A stretch of 64,000 bases of DNA from Felis catus. Its lineage: Eukaryota. The notes below the pieces were generated by a model. That model was not told where the DNA came from, did not search any database, and saw nothing but the letters and a program-made list of their open reading frames with translations. This document shows, piece after piece, positions 12,601 to 25,729 of the stretch. The DNA lies in NCBI RefSeq assembly GCF_018350175.1, contig NC_058368.1, positions 207,020,001 through 207,084,000 of the forward strand, in the 5' to 3' direction. Each line of letters opens with the position of its first letter. Position 1 is the first letter of the stretch. Made by a program: the position numbers and the translations under genes.

Positions 12601-12872
12601 AGATCTTTTGGTTTTTTGTTTTGTTTTGTTTTTTTCTAAGAAAGTTGGTTTAAAAAGTATTTCTGGAGTTGTATTGATAAAGAAAAAAATCCAATAGATA
12701 ACTATTTCAGTAGCTTTTAAGTATTGTAAAGAATATATTTTGGCATTATTTATAACTTATATGAGACTTGAATCTACCTAACTATCCATTTCACACAGTA
12801 TCAGATTTAAAAATATACATATAAATGCAAATTTATATATTTTTAAAAAACTAATATTTTTTTGATCTCTAA

Positions 12873-12912
12873 ACACACACACACACACACACACATACAC
12901 ACACACACACAC
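12873..12912. repeat. (CA)n microsatellite
   Basis: Read directly. Confidence 0.95.
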
Positions 12913-12949
12913 CAAGGGGTACTCTATATTTCATATATTTCATATATTA

Positions 12950-13125
12950 GCTCATGTATTACTCAAACCTTATAAGGTGCATACTATTATTACCTCTATT
13001 TTACAGATGCACTGACTGAGGAAGCGAGGTTAAGTAACTTGCTCAAGTTTAGACAGAATAGGAGAACCAGGGTTTATACAAGACAATCTGGTTTCAGAGC
13101 CTGTGCTTTAAATATCACAGCATTC
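12950..13125 (-). mobile_element. MIR SINE
   Basis: MIR core ATTTTACAGATG..ACTGAGG..AGGTTAAGTAACTTGCTCAAG. Confidence 0.75.
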
Positions 13126-13464
13126 TCCTGTTTGCAACTAATTCTAAGGAAGTCTGAATGGCAGTAAGTTTCCAAAAGACAATAATGTTTATATTTATAA
13201 TACAAATAAAATTTCTAACACTCTCCTTCACTATCTTACTCTAAAAAAAAGTCACCCAGAATAAAAGTTACATGTCAATCTGTTCATTCTTATTCTTTTT
13301 CTCTCCCTAAACACAATCTGCATGGATTTTTAAAAATCTTCCCTACCTTGTTCTTTTCTCGTCCCTCCAAATGTATTTTATTCTCCCCCAGGGGCTGTCT
13401 CTTTTTCTCATAGGAGTTGTTTTAACTCCTCTGACTTATTCAATACAGCATCTCTACATGTTTC

Positions 13465-13688
13465 TTTTCTTTTTTTTAAGTTTATTTATTTATTTTTGAG
13501 AGAGAGACAGAGAGAGTGATTGGGGGAGGGGCAGAGAGAGAGAGAGGGAGAGAGAGAATCCCAAGCAGGCTCTGCACCATCAGCATGGAGCCCGATGTGG
13601 GGCTGGCTGCATGCTCAAACTGTGACATCATGACCTGAGTCAAAACCAAGAGTCGGATGCTTAACCGACTGAGCCACCCAGGTGCCCC
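13465..13688 (-). mobile_element. CAN-SINE
   Basis: Reverse-complement SINE; TSD AGCATCTCTACATGTTTCT on both sides. Confidence 0.95.
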
Positions 13689-15697
13689 AGCATCTCTACA
13701 TGTTTCTAAACACAGGTGAGCATGAAGAAAGCCCAAGAAAGAGGCTGCAGAATTCTTGTTAGAGGCAGGTTAAAGAATCATATTACACCTCAACATTTAG
13801 TGTCCCTGTATACAGCCATATAACTTCAGGTGTGGATGTTCCACAGGGAACTTGAATTTTTATGGGTTTCTCCATGCTATGATCTCCATCATTAGTTTAC
13901 TTCTTGCTCTAAAATTCCCTGGGTGATGAAAATGAAGGAATATTTGGGTCAGATATTTGGCCTGTGTCATGGAGGCAGATGAATCAACAAGTCAAAGAAG
14001 TAAAAATTCTGGCTTCCATCTAGTCATTGTTTTTCTGAAAACTCATGGTAACAATTTAAAGGATAAAGTCTGCTTTGAAAAAAAATGTAAGTTATTGTTT
14101 TATTACGCATGTATAAATTTCTGGCTCACAAGATGAACTGAATTTCTCACTCTCCTCCTGACTGTATAAGGGGATAAGGAAACACAATCTAAGGAGGAAG
14201 AGATCAGCTAAGACAACTTGTTTGTCTTAGAAGAAAAAGAAAATGAAGAGACCTAGACATTTTACATTAGATTTTAGAGCTTAGAGCTTCAGCATTAAAG
14301 AAAGGCACATTTGAAATTTGCTTTCAGTAGATGACAAAACTTTCTCGAAAATGGTTTGAAGTTGAATGTTAGGTGGGCAATTAGCAAACGACTTATAAAA
14401 CCGAGTTGCAATTCATCATCTCAATTTGACAAATTAGTAATTGATTTTATTCTTTCTAAACTTTAGAAAATGACTTAATCAGCACCTGCTCATATGTGAG
14501 TGTGCGGGCTGAGGGAAGAGGGATAAGTCAGGCTGACTCACCATTGGTCCAAGACATTTTCACTTCTGCCTGAGACAAGAATGAAACTCAGACGAGTTTA
14601 CTTCTGAACACACTGCTGACTAATCACTATGATAGCATTTAAGTAGTCATCCTGCATCATGAATGTTTAAAACAAAGCTTTATTTTCTACAGATGGAACT
14701 CAGAGATTTTTTGTTTTTATTTTATTTTATTTTCACATATTCACTAAACTTATAGAGCTTATTAGGAGTTCAACTACTGGGAATAAACTATCAAAGATGC
14801 AAGAAAAAAACCCTTCCAGCTCTAGGGATCTAAACATAAATGGTAGATTAGAAAAATATACATAAAAATCAAATACAAGTAGAATAATCTAATTCAGTGA
14901 TACTTTACAGTTCCTGGAAATTTTCTTATCTGGGTAGATAAAATTGCTTGTTTGCTAAGAACAAACAAGAAAAAAATAACCAAATTAAATGCCAAATATT
15001 AAGCACTTAAACAGATATATTTTGTGTCTTGGATACCTTCTCAGATTTTCACTCAGAACCCAGTTATTCTTAGTTTACATACAATCTGAACAACTTTGGT
15101 CATATCTTATCCCAACCCTTCACAGATTAAAAGCAACTAATTAGAGAGTGGACGGCCATCTACATGCAAGGACTTTAAGGATATCAAGGAATAAAAGTAG
15201 ACTACTTCACAATGAGGTAATAGAATAATTAAAGACTTAAATGCTCACAGGAATCATATGCAAAATTCCCCCTTAGCCTCCCAATGGTTATGCAAAGTCA
15301 AATTTTAGAGTACAGTTCAGAAATATATGGGCATAACTATTACCAGAATTGTCAAGAAGAGGCTTACTACATCCCCTATGTGTGAATTTATTTGAATGGA
15401 TTTTGATCAAAAATGGTTTCAACTGTTGATATTTATTTAGTTAAATCTTACTAATCTCAAAGATTGCATTCTCCAAAATGGCTTTTTCATAAAGTCCATT
15501 TAAGGTGGAAATACAAGAATCATCACAAGATATTGTATATGTTAAGAATCAAGTATGTGGCAGTCATAGTTTTCTTGTTAGAGTCAAAATTACCTCTGGC
15601 AGATGCTGTACCTGGGGTGTATAGCTAAAACCAAACACATTTTTTCCCAGGTTCCACAGTTGCACTTTCAGCTGGCTTGCTTCAGAAATACCATAAA

Positions 15698-15702
15698 ACA
15701 CA

Positions 15703-15737
<35 letters not shown>
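15698..15737. repeat. (CA)n microsatellite
   Basis: Read directly. Confidence 0.95.
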
Positions 15738-15741
<4 letters not shown>

Positions 15742-17469
15742 GGAAGATCTAGGGTGGACCTCTTGTGACCAGTTGGGTGATAGGAGACTGAAGAAGTTCA
15801 GATGGCCCCATAAATTCTCCTTGGTGGAGAAGGGGGACATTATCTAGAAATATGAAGACCAGAACAGGTTTAGAAGTTATGATCTTTGAACTTTAGTAGC
15901 TTCCAGAACTGTGTCTCTAACCCTATCCAGTTCCTCATGGGAAACAGTGATTTCAGTGAGTGCCAGAAGGAATATCTACAATCTGTACCTTTGCCCAAGA
16001 TGTCAAAGATGATTCATTCTCCTAGGGCAGAGAAAGCCAGAGAATTCTAAGCAGTAATGGCTCTTTGGCCAGACTACTACCTGCCGCTCCCAAGGGAGGC
16101 TCATGAACAATCATTTCCAGCATCCCCTCTCTGAAGTTTCTGGTATTTATTTTTCCCACAGGACTCTGAGGCCTTGGCAGCTGGATAGCTGTATGAGTCT
16201 GTCTCAATCATCTCAACTAACGGCTTTTATCAGAGGATCTGTTCAACTTTATTTTGCAAGCACTGATGGTACACTATTCTTTTTGAGACATACCTCTGAA
16301 GGAAGTTACATTGACAGCTACATTGAGGCAAGACACTCTACCACACCACACACATTGTATCCTGCCCAACTCTTTTTCAAGGAAAGTTCAGAGATTAGAG
16401 AAGAAACTGCCCATTCATGCCCTATTTGGTACTTTCGGTAGTTATTATAGGACATTATAAAGTTAACTTCTGTGCAACTGACTCCATTTAGTTCATTTGT
16501 TTCTGTTTGCCTGGCTATGAAGAGAGTGTTTGATTTTTCCCTGTCAGAATTCATTTTCCAGGAAGAAACCAAAGAGTTTATGAAAAGAACACACAGAAGG
16601 AAAATATTCAATTAGCTTTTTAAAAAATATTAAAGATTTGAGTAAGCTGCCATAGCTTTTCAGGTTTAATATGAATTTTGGAGAATGCTTATAATGATTT
16701 TTCTTGGTATTATTACCTGCATCATAGCTATAAAATTATTCTCACATAAGAAACTCATTAATTACCAGTGTCTCATATTATTTTTATGTTATTCCTATTT
16801 ATTTATTTTCTAATTGGCAATATAGGATTAAAGAAAAATGTTTAGCTGATTAAATTTATTAGTCATAATTAGAATGGTATAATTGATATTTTAACAGATA
16901 ATTATTTTTCTTTTATATTTTATCAAGAGTATTCTATATTCCTAATTTTTATATCAGCCTATTTGAGAATGAAGCTTATTGTCTAACATAATACAGCTTA
17001 CATAATAAAAGTCAGTGGATAGATGAAATTTAAGAAATAAAATGCATGAAAAATATTTATAAGTAATCTACTTATGATTTGGGAATATATTTTTATTTAG
17101 TTATTGTATCTATTGCATTAATTAGTTTATTGTTTTATAGGGGCACATAAGTAGTTAGGGAGCAAATTTTTAGGATCTTTAAGAAGCCACTGAAACTCTT
17201 TGAAGGGTCAGAAATGTCTTTTATTTCTCTGGAATCTAATACCGTGCATAGTACTTGATAGTTCTATGAACCTGGTAAGATGGCTATATTTCCAATGGAT
17301 ATAATTTCCAAGGTAATTTAAAAATAAATGGATTCATTTATTCTTACACTCATCCTTTCTTTTGTCTGTGAACATATATTTCTTGAATAGTTACTATATT
17401 CCATGCATTGTATTTTATGTTGGAGGAGAAGGAGCAATAAGGACATATCCAATGTTTAAAATGCCCAGA

Positions 17470-17687
17470 GGGGCGCCTGGGTGGCTCAGTCAGTTAAGCC
17501 TCCGACTTCAGCTCAGGTCATGATCTCATGGTCCGTGAGTTCGAGCCCTGCATTGGGCTCTGGGCTGATGGCTCAGAGCCTGGAGCCTGCTTCCGATTCT
17601 GTGTCTCCCTCTCTCTCTGCCCCTCCCCCGTTCATGCTCTGTCTCTCTCTGTCTCAAAAATAAATAAACGTTAAAAAAAATTAAAAA
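17470..17687 (+). mobile_element. Felid CAN-SINE
   Basis: Full head, CT tract, tail; TSD AAAATGCCCAGA. Confidence 0.96.
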
Positions 17688-17789
17688 AAAATGCCCAGAA
17701 TTCTTTAAATAACAAAGGATAATAAGGACACATCCAATGTTTAAAATGCCCAGAATTCTTAATATAACAAAAAATGGTCTGTTTTCTAA

Positions 17790-18060
17790 ACCACTCTAAA
17801 AGTCTAGCATAATTCTTATTAAAAAAACAAGATAATAGCATAAACAAAAGGGAAATTATAAACCTACCTCACTCATATATTATATATAATAATTAAACAA
17901 TAATGTGTTGAATGAATAATTTATCATGGACACAGTGAGTTCATCCCCCAAAATACAAACATGGTTCAACATTAGAAAATCTATTACTGCAACTTACTAC
18001 CTATGAAAGGGAAAAAAATAATATAATATAGTCTGGATAGATTAAAGACATGTATTGTAA
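17790..18060 (+). mobile_element. Old L1 ORF2 (RT region) remnant
   Basis: A-rich; GTGAGTTCATCCCCCAAAATACAAACATGGTTCAACATTAGAAAATCTATT resembles L1 GFIPGMQGWFNIRKS coding DNA. Confidence 0.6.
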
Positions 18061-18879
18061 ATCTATGAATGAATTTTAAAATTGTGATGGAAACGTACAC
18101 TAATAGCATATTCAGAAGACATAAAGAAGATAGACTTACTTGCTTAAGACTCATTTGCTTAAAACGTAAAAACAAAAGACAGTTTTTACAGAGAAAGATA
18201 CCATCAGTAGAATTAAAATTTAAGTTACAGACTTTTGGTCCTGCGTACAATGGCGTCAACACCCCTTTATCTTCCACTGAACTCAAGTGTAACCTGGACA
18301 GAATGCGTGGCCAGCTATTTGAGAACTCTGAGAAGTAAATATAAGAAGACAGATTGGGGAAGAACCAAAATTCAAAGTACCACTGAGCCAGCTGTGTGTT
18401 TGCCATTTCCTTCTGCCCAGGTGTGCCCCAGCCAGGACTCAGCGCATTGCACAATCCAGAATAAGCAGTGTGAAGAAGACAAATGTTCTAACTCAAGAAA
18501 CTGAAAAAGAAATTCCTAAAACTCAGAGACAGTTGGGGAGATTTATTGGATTCTTTCCCCTTCTTTTCCTCTATTACTTTTGGAGGAGTTGTAGTAGCAA
18601 GAGATTTTCCTCCCCCTTGTTTTTTAATTGCTATTAAGTTTTCTTTGGAGAAAAACATTCTTTCCTTGAAGGGGAAAAACAAAGTTTGCATATACTGTAA
18701 CTTGTCCTGGAAATACAAGTGGCCCTTCCAGTACACAACACTACAAATATCGAAGTATATGGTAAACGTACGAATAAGAAGGTAGCATGCTTCCTATGTA
18801 CAATACAGTATTTGGAATCCTAAAATAAGCCCCATAAAGTACAACTGGCCAGGCAGAAACCAGTCAAAACCTAGAGGGC

Positions 18880-19300
18880 CGGGAAGTGTCGTCTCCTTCA
18901 ATCCAGCTGTGGCTTCAAGAAGGTGTCATCAGACCTGCGGTGCTAATGTTTTCCTTTTCTCTCTGCCCTGATGTGTGTAACCCAGGACAGGGTGGGAGAG
19001 GGCAGTTTTCTGGTTGGAAGTTTGCAAAGAGCTGGAACTGGAAAGTTCTTGGGAGATAATAAAGAGGAGGCACTCAGGAAGACCACACTGTCAAGCCGTT
19101 TGTGACATCCTGGGCTCACCCCCAATCTGTGCCTTACCGGAAGGAAGTGGCATCAGAAATGAAGCGTCAACTTGGAATCTTGTATCGGTGAAATGTCCTT
19201 CAGCACTTAAGGGGAATTAGACACATTCTCAGATGAAAGGAAACTGAAAGTAGTTCTTGGCAGTAGCCCCGCTTCAGAAGATTGCTAACGGAAGTTCTTC
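18880..19300. promoter_or_regulatory. Candidate IRF/ETS enhancer or promoter
   Basis: GAAAGGAAACTGAAAG (19235-19250, ISRE-like); ETS cores GGGAAGTG (18881), ACCGGAAGGAAGT (19136), ACGGAAGT (19288); locally more GC and CpG, not an obvious repeat. Confidence 0.45.
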
Positions 19301-19809
19301 AGATCCAAGGGAAATGATACCAGGAGGAAACTTGGAACATCAGGAGTGAAGAAAGAGAAACAAAGGGAAAATATCTAGGTGTATATAATACTTTGTTTTT
19401 CTCCTCTTGAAGTTTGTAAAATGTGTTCGGGTGTTGAAAGTACAAAATAGACCATTCTCTGATGGGAGTTTTAGTGTACCTAGAGGTAATATAAAAAACA
19501 GCTGAACCATAAAGGAGAGAAATTTTAGTGGTAACATTTCCATATTCCAATTAAGTGGTAAAATAGTGATTCTAAACAAACTGAGAAAAATAAGTATATA
19601 TTTGTCATTCTTAGACTAAACTCTAAAAAATTATATAATTATATAGAGTCAAAATGACTAGGAGAGTGATATTTAGAACACTGAATAAGAAGAGTATTAA
19701 AAGAAAAGATAAAAACACCAATGGTCAAATGATTTTAAATTTAGAAAAAATATAGTCTTTCTTCAGAGTCCCTGTGGATGTTTCCCATAATATATCCTTG
19801 ATATTTAAA

Positions 19810-19826
19810 TTTTTTTAATGTTTATT

Positions 19827-19866
<40 letters not shown>

Positions 19867-20028
19867 GGCAGGAGAGGGGCAGGGAGAAAAGGAGACACAG
19901 AATCCAAAGCAGGCTTCAGGCTCTGAGCTGTCGGCACCGCGGCCGACGTAGGGTTTGAACTCACAAACTATGAGATCGTGACCTGAGCTGAAGTCGGACA
20001 CTTAACAACTGAGCCACCCAGGTGCCCC
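19810..20028 (-). mobile_element. CAN-SINE
   Basis: Reverse-complement SINE; TSD TATCCTTGATATTTAAA. Confidence 0.95.
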
Positions 20029-20083
20029 TATCCTTGATATTTAAAAAGAGATTATCCAATATCTCTTTAGGGATGTTGTGTTG

Positions 20084-20084
<1 letters not shown>

Positions 20085-20120
<36 letters not shown>

Positions 20121-20127
20121 ACACACA
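20085..20127. repeat. (CA)n microsatellite
   Basis: Read directly. Confidence 0.95.
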
Positions 20128-21574
20128 GCAAAGAGCAGTGAAACAGATTGAGTGAAATAACTGTAGAATTTTTAAATTTTCCTATTATAGCTATTTAATT
20201 TATGAAAAAGACAACTGCTGTCATTTTTTTACCATCATCCAGTCACATTAAATAATAAATAATTACTAGTTCCCTTGAATGACCAATTGTTAAAGTTTGA
20301 GCTGCACATGTGTTTGGGTAGATTTGAGGAGTGGTATTATAATTTATTAATATTGTCTTTGTTTTACATTACAAATGCTACATTTCATTATTGTATGAAT
20401 GAAATAGGCAAATGGTGAAATAGGCAAATTTCTGCGAGATGCTTTATGTTCTGTGACTACACTAAATGCAACATGTATTGATTTTATGGGGCATCTGAAA
20501 CTCTCATACACTGCTGCTAAGAATATAAAGTGGTATTTTGAAGAACTGTTAGCAGCATCTACTAAAACAAATACATGCACACTCTGTGCATTAGTTTTTT
20601 TATTGCCAAGTAACAAATTACCACAAATTTACTGGCTTAAAACAAAACCCTCATTAGCTCACAGCTTACACTAATTCTACCAACCTCCATTGCAATTTAT
20701 TGTAATATGGGGCTGTGATAATATATTGAGAGCTCTTTCCAAATACCTTGCTAAAGTCTATGTTCTTTATTTGTACTGAATTTTCTTGAATTAGTAATGT
20801 TATTAATAAAGATGTGTTTGCTCTTAAGTTGAAGGATCCCTGGCTCTTAGTAGTCATTAGGAATCAGAATGATGTGTTTTCTCTTAGCTGCTTACAAATC
20901 ACCTATGCATTAATTCTGTAGCAAGATAATATTTTGAAATATTAGCACTTTTATACCTGGAAATTCCTTTTTACCCTAGGACATGTTCTCCATTAAAACC
21001 AGACCTTGAGGCTAAAAAATCCATTGCCTTAGAACTCAGTTGTTCAGGAATTAAAAGGAAAAAGGCAAAGACGTTGATTTTTTGCTTTGATTTTCAAAAT
21101 ATGTGGCTGAAGCACATTTATGAGACCACTCCTAAAATGGTTTGGGGGCTTATGGATAGCAAAGACCGTTCTAAAATGGGTGTAACGAGGCAAAGACCTT
21201 AAAAGTGCCTGGCTGTGGACACAAGTTCACAAAATAGCATGGAGACACAGATGCCATGTACTTTTTGACAGAGATGATAAAGTAGGGGTGGTGTTGGTAA
21301 ATTCCTTTCTTTGGGATCTAGAATATAGAGAGAAACCTGATAGAATGGAGACATGTCATAGGTTGCCAATTTGGGTAGATCATTATGATAGAGAACCAGA
21401 ATTCTTGTCATTGATGCCCTATCTCTGTATCAGGTGCCCTGAACTTGGATGCACCCCGAGTGAAAAATGGGAAAGGAGAAAACTGTCAATAGGAAAATTC
21501 TGGAATTATCAAGGATAATGATTGAAATAATATTGCCACTTAGTAAAATGTATACATTTGTGGACTACCTTATT

Positions 21575-21896
21575 TCATTTTTATTTGTCTGTTGAAGTAT
21601 AGACACACAACGCTACATTCGTTTCAGGTGTACAGCATGGTGATTCTACAAGTCTGTATGGTGTACTATACCATACAGCTCACCACAAGTGTAGTGTCAG
21701 CATACGATGCTACAACAGTATTATTCACTATATTCCCTGTGCTCTTCCTTTTACTCCCATCACGTATTCATTCTATAACTGTCACCTGTATCTCCCATTC
21801 CCCTTCACCCATTTTGTTCATCCCCTCCCCACACCCTGGCAACTGTAAGTTTGTTCTCTGTATTTATAGGTCTGTTTCTGCTTTTTTTGTTGTCTA

Positions 21897-21935
<39 letters not shown>

Positions 21936-22085
21936 TTTTTGTTTTTGTTTTTGTTTTAGATTCCACATGTAAGAGGAATCATATGGTATTTGCCTTTCTC
22001 TGTCTTATTTCACTTAGCATACGCTGTAGGTCCATCCATGTTGTTGTCACAAATGGCACGATCTCATCTTTTTTTTTATGGCTAA
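21575..22085 (-). mobile_element. Old L1 3' UTR remnant with internal (GT)n at ~21899-21934
   Basis: TAGATTCCACATGTAAG..ATCATATGGTATTTG..CTTATTTCACTTAGCAT..TCCATCCATGTTGT is typical of an antisense L1 3' end. Confidence 0.85.
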
Positions 22086-22559
22086 GGACATTTATGGATA
22101 CTTTTTCACATCCAATTTTATTAATCTGTGACCTGTGAAATTTGAAATTTGCACCAGTCTGGGATCATGCGTGAAATCAGCAAGTATTTTCCACCACTTT
22201 TGGATGTCAAAACTATGTTTACTGACCTCCAGTCTTCTAATACTGCTTCCATTCTCTAAAATTCTTTAAAGTTTACAAAAAAGAACTCAATAATGATAAA
22301 TAAAATTTTCTAGGAGATTCAAACTTATTTGCAGCAGGCAAAATTCTTTCCTACATGCTTTAAAAAAGTTTGCTATGAGAACAGTTTGAAAGGGTTTCAT
22401 AGTGAACACCCATACATTCACTCACTACCTATTTTCTACAATTAATATTTTATTATATTTGATTTATGATCTATCCTTTCCCCCTACCTATCCATCAGTT
22501 TCTATTATTTTTATAATATACCATTAACTTGAGTAAAAATTTTTTTATGGTTACCTTGT

Positions 22560-23065
22560 TCTGTTGGTGTAAAATCTATATACAGTGAAATATGACTTTT
22601 AAGTATAACATTAGATAAGTTTGATATTTATATCCCAATAATATATTGTCTCAGAAAATTTTTCTATGCCCCTTTCCAGTGGATTTTGACTTACAACCCT
22701 TACTATTCTGATTCTTTTAGTATTTTCTCTAGTTTAGATGGACTCATGCAATACGTCCTCTGTGAGTCAGGCTTTTTTCACTTGTGATGGCTTCAGATTT
22801 ATTAATTTGTTGTACATTAGTAGTCTGCTCATTTTTATTGAGGTATTCCATTGTATGAATACACCATTTATATATCTGTTTTTTGATTATTTCAATTTTT
22901 GACTGTTATTAATGAAGCTGCTATAAATATTCTTGCACACATCTTTTTGTGGACATTTGTTTTCATTTCTTTTGAGTAACTATCTAGAACTAGAATTAGT
23001 GGTTCATAGGAACAATGTAAGTTTACTTTTACAATAAACTGCCAGACCTTTTCCAAAGTGGTATC
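22560..23065 (-). mobile_element. Old L1M 3' remnant
   Basis: GTATTCCATTGTATGAATACACCA..GCTGCTATAAATATTCTTG..TTTTGTGGACAT..AACTGCCAGAC..TTCCAAAGTGGT. Confidence 0.8.
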
Positions 23066-23746
23066 TTATTATGGTTTTTACAAGCTTTTAAATTACACTG
23101 TGTTTTGGGTTTGTGTAAATACCATTTCTTTCACTAGAGATGTTGAGGAAAAATAGAAAATAAAAATTTCTGGCTCAATAACACAGGTATTCCTTTTTGT
23201 CTAAATATAACACTTAAAAACAATTTTCCTTAATAATTGTTCATTGTATCTAAATTTTGTTTCAGTTTTGACCTCTGCCTAGGGGCATTTTATTTCATTA
23301 ATTTTAGATTCAAAAAGCATTTGTGAGTACCTAAAAAGGTCTAGAAAAATTCCCAAGCTTGATGGTTAAATAAATATGTCATAATTTCTTCCCTCAGTGG
23401 TCTTAACAAGAGGCAGATGTGTAAATAAGTATGTTTAAGGATTATAGATACTATTTTGGTTGCATATATATGGAACAGGAAGGCAAGAGAAAGGAACTGT
23501 AAAATTTACCTGGTGAAATAAGAGAAAAGCCATAAAAATCTTTGAGGGAGGATATCTTTGTACTTAATTTTTCATACAGGACTTTCAGAAGATGTTATGA
23601 TGGTTTAAATCCTTCATTATTATTATTTGTTGTTTTTATACATTTTGTGAACGTAATGATTTTCTTTGCAGTCAATATTGTGGAAAGTGAACTGGACAAA
23701 AGATGCTCATTCTAGCCCCATCTCTGTCTCTTGGGCCATGATTGTC

Positions 23747-23972
23747 TTTTTTTTATTATTATTTTTTTTTAGTGTTTATTTATTATTGAGGGAGAGAGCG
23801 CGCGCGAGGCGCGCACGCATCAGTGGGGGAGGGGCAGAGGGAGAGGGAGACACATGCTCCAGGCTCTGATCTGTCAGCACAGAGCCTGACGCGGAGCTCC
23901 AACTCACGGACAGAGAGATCATGACCTGATATGAAGTCGGACGCTCAACCAACTGAGCCACCCAGGTGCCCC
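23747..23972 (-). mobile_element. CAN-SINE with a (CG)n-rich patch
   Basis: Reverse-complement SINE ending GGTGCCCC at 23972. Confidence 0.93.
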
Positions 23973-24418
23973 ATTATGATTTTCAAAGTCCTCATTTCCT
24001 AACTTGTTTCCCTGACAACCCCAACAACATTGTGGGGTGGGGGAGAATGTATGGCAACATCCTTTCTTAAAACCTAACAAATGTGAAGCATTGTGAATGT
24101 ATACTATCAGTAATAATATCACATACCCTTTTTTTCTTTGCATTTTTCTCAGATGGTCTTCAAAACGCTTCCATGCTCAATGTCTTGATCCACACAGGTG
24201 TATATCTACATGAAATATTGCACAATTGCCTCTTAACATGTCTTTTTTTTGATCCAGAACTCTCATCCATCACCTTATTCCCATTATTAGACTCATCTCT
24301 TCAAGTTTGCATTGTATCCATGGAGTTACAGTTACTAAAATGTGTTCTAATCTCCAATGTACCTTGTTTATTATTCCTACCCTGTTTAGTAGCATATGGA
24401 GATATGCAAGAAACCACT

Positions 24419-24920
24419 TGCTTTAGTTTCCTACTGCTGTTGTAATAAAGTACCACAAACTGAGTGGCTAAAAAACAATACAAATTTGTAATCTTTTAGT
24501 TCTGGAGGTTAAAAATCTGAAATGGGTCTTACTGGATTGAAATCAGTGTTTCTGCAGGGCTGTATTCCTTCTTGGAGTCTTTAGAGGAGAATCCTTTGCC
24601 TTGTCTCTCTGGCTTCTGCTGGCCATCTGTAGTTCATGGTTCTTCTTCTCTCATCCATCTTTAATGCCAGCAGGATAGCATCTTCAAATCTCTCTTTGAC
24701 TCTGCTCCTCTGCCTCCTTCATCCACATTCAAAAGACTCTATAATTACACTGGGCCCACTGGATACTTCAGGATAATGTCTTTATCTTGAGGTCAACTGA
24801 TTATCAACCTTAATTCCATCTGGAACCTTAATCCTCTCTTGCCACAAAACATAACTTAAACACAGGTTCTGGAAATTAGAACACGGGTATATCTTTGGGA
24901 GTCCATTATTCTGCCTACCA
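24419..24920 (-). mobile_element. MaLR solo LTR (MLT1C/D-like)
   Basis: TAGTTTCCTACTGCTGTTGTAATAAAGTACCACAAACTGAGTGGC...CCATTATTCTGCCTACCA. Confidence 0.88.
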
Positions 24921-24941
24921 TGCTGGTATCACTTTTTGTTT

Positions 24942-24948
<7 letters not shown>

Positions 24949-24991
<43 letters not shown>
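24949..24991. repeat. Pure poly(T), 43 nt
   Basis: Read directly. Confidence 0.95.
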
Positions 24992-24994
<3 letters not shown>

Positions 24995-25342
24995 TAACAG
25001 TGTTCTTATTAGAAACCCTTGGCGCCTCCCTCACAGCCCTTTGTTCCTGTAGTAACATGTTTTCCAAGGTCACTTGCTTCCCAACTTTGGGAGCTTTCTC
25101 TCTCCCTTGCATTTACTTTAAAGCTTCATTTGGGCAAATGACTTGCTCCCAGAGCTCGAGAGATCTCAGTCCTAAGAAGGGCTTTGGGCTTCAGTTTTCC
25201 ATTTGGCTATCCATTTATTTCTCTTGTAATCCATTCCCCTTTCTTGTTAAAGTACTAATATTTAGTGAAAAATAAAAATAACATTTTTATCATTCCTTTC
25301 CATTTTTCCATTTATTTTTCTTCCAACAGTTCAGAAGCTTTT

Positions 25343-25548
25343 GAGGAACCTGGGTGGCTGAGTCAGTTAAGCATCTGATTCTTGATTTGGGTTCAGGTCA
25401 TAATCTCACAGTTCATGAGATTGAGCCCCAAGTTGGGTTCCTCGCTGACAGCACGGAGCCTGTTTGGGATTCTCTCTCTCCCTCTCATTCTGCCCCTCCC
25501 CTACTCGTGCTCTCTCTCAAAATAAATAAATAAATAAACTTAAAAAAA
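25343..25548 (+). mobile_element. CAN-SINE
   Basis: Head CCTGGGTGGCTGAGTCAGTTAAG; (AAAT)n tail; degraded TSD. Confidence 0.92.
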
Positions 25549-25729
25549 GTTTAGATGCTCTTAATAACCTTCCTGACCTTAATCATTTATTTTTGGAAGG
25601 TCTCAATCATGAGTCCTCAAATAAGAAGTAAAGGGTAGCACACAGAAGTTTTAATTAACTGACAATCTACTTACTGTCACCTTCTATTTTTTTATTCCTG
25701 GTATTTTTGTATATATGTGTGTGTGGAGA

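Noticed and set aside
17984..18504. Overlapping ORFs up to 156 aa
   Set aside because: No recognisable protein family, low-complexity AT-rich composition, partly overlaps an L1 remnant
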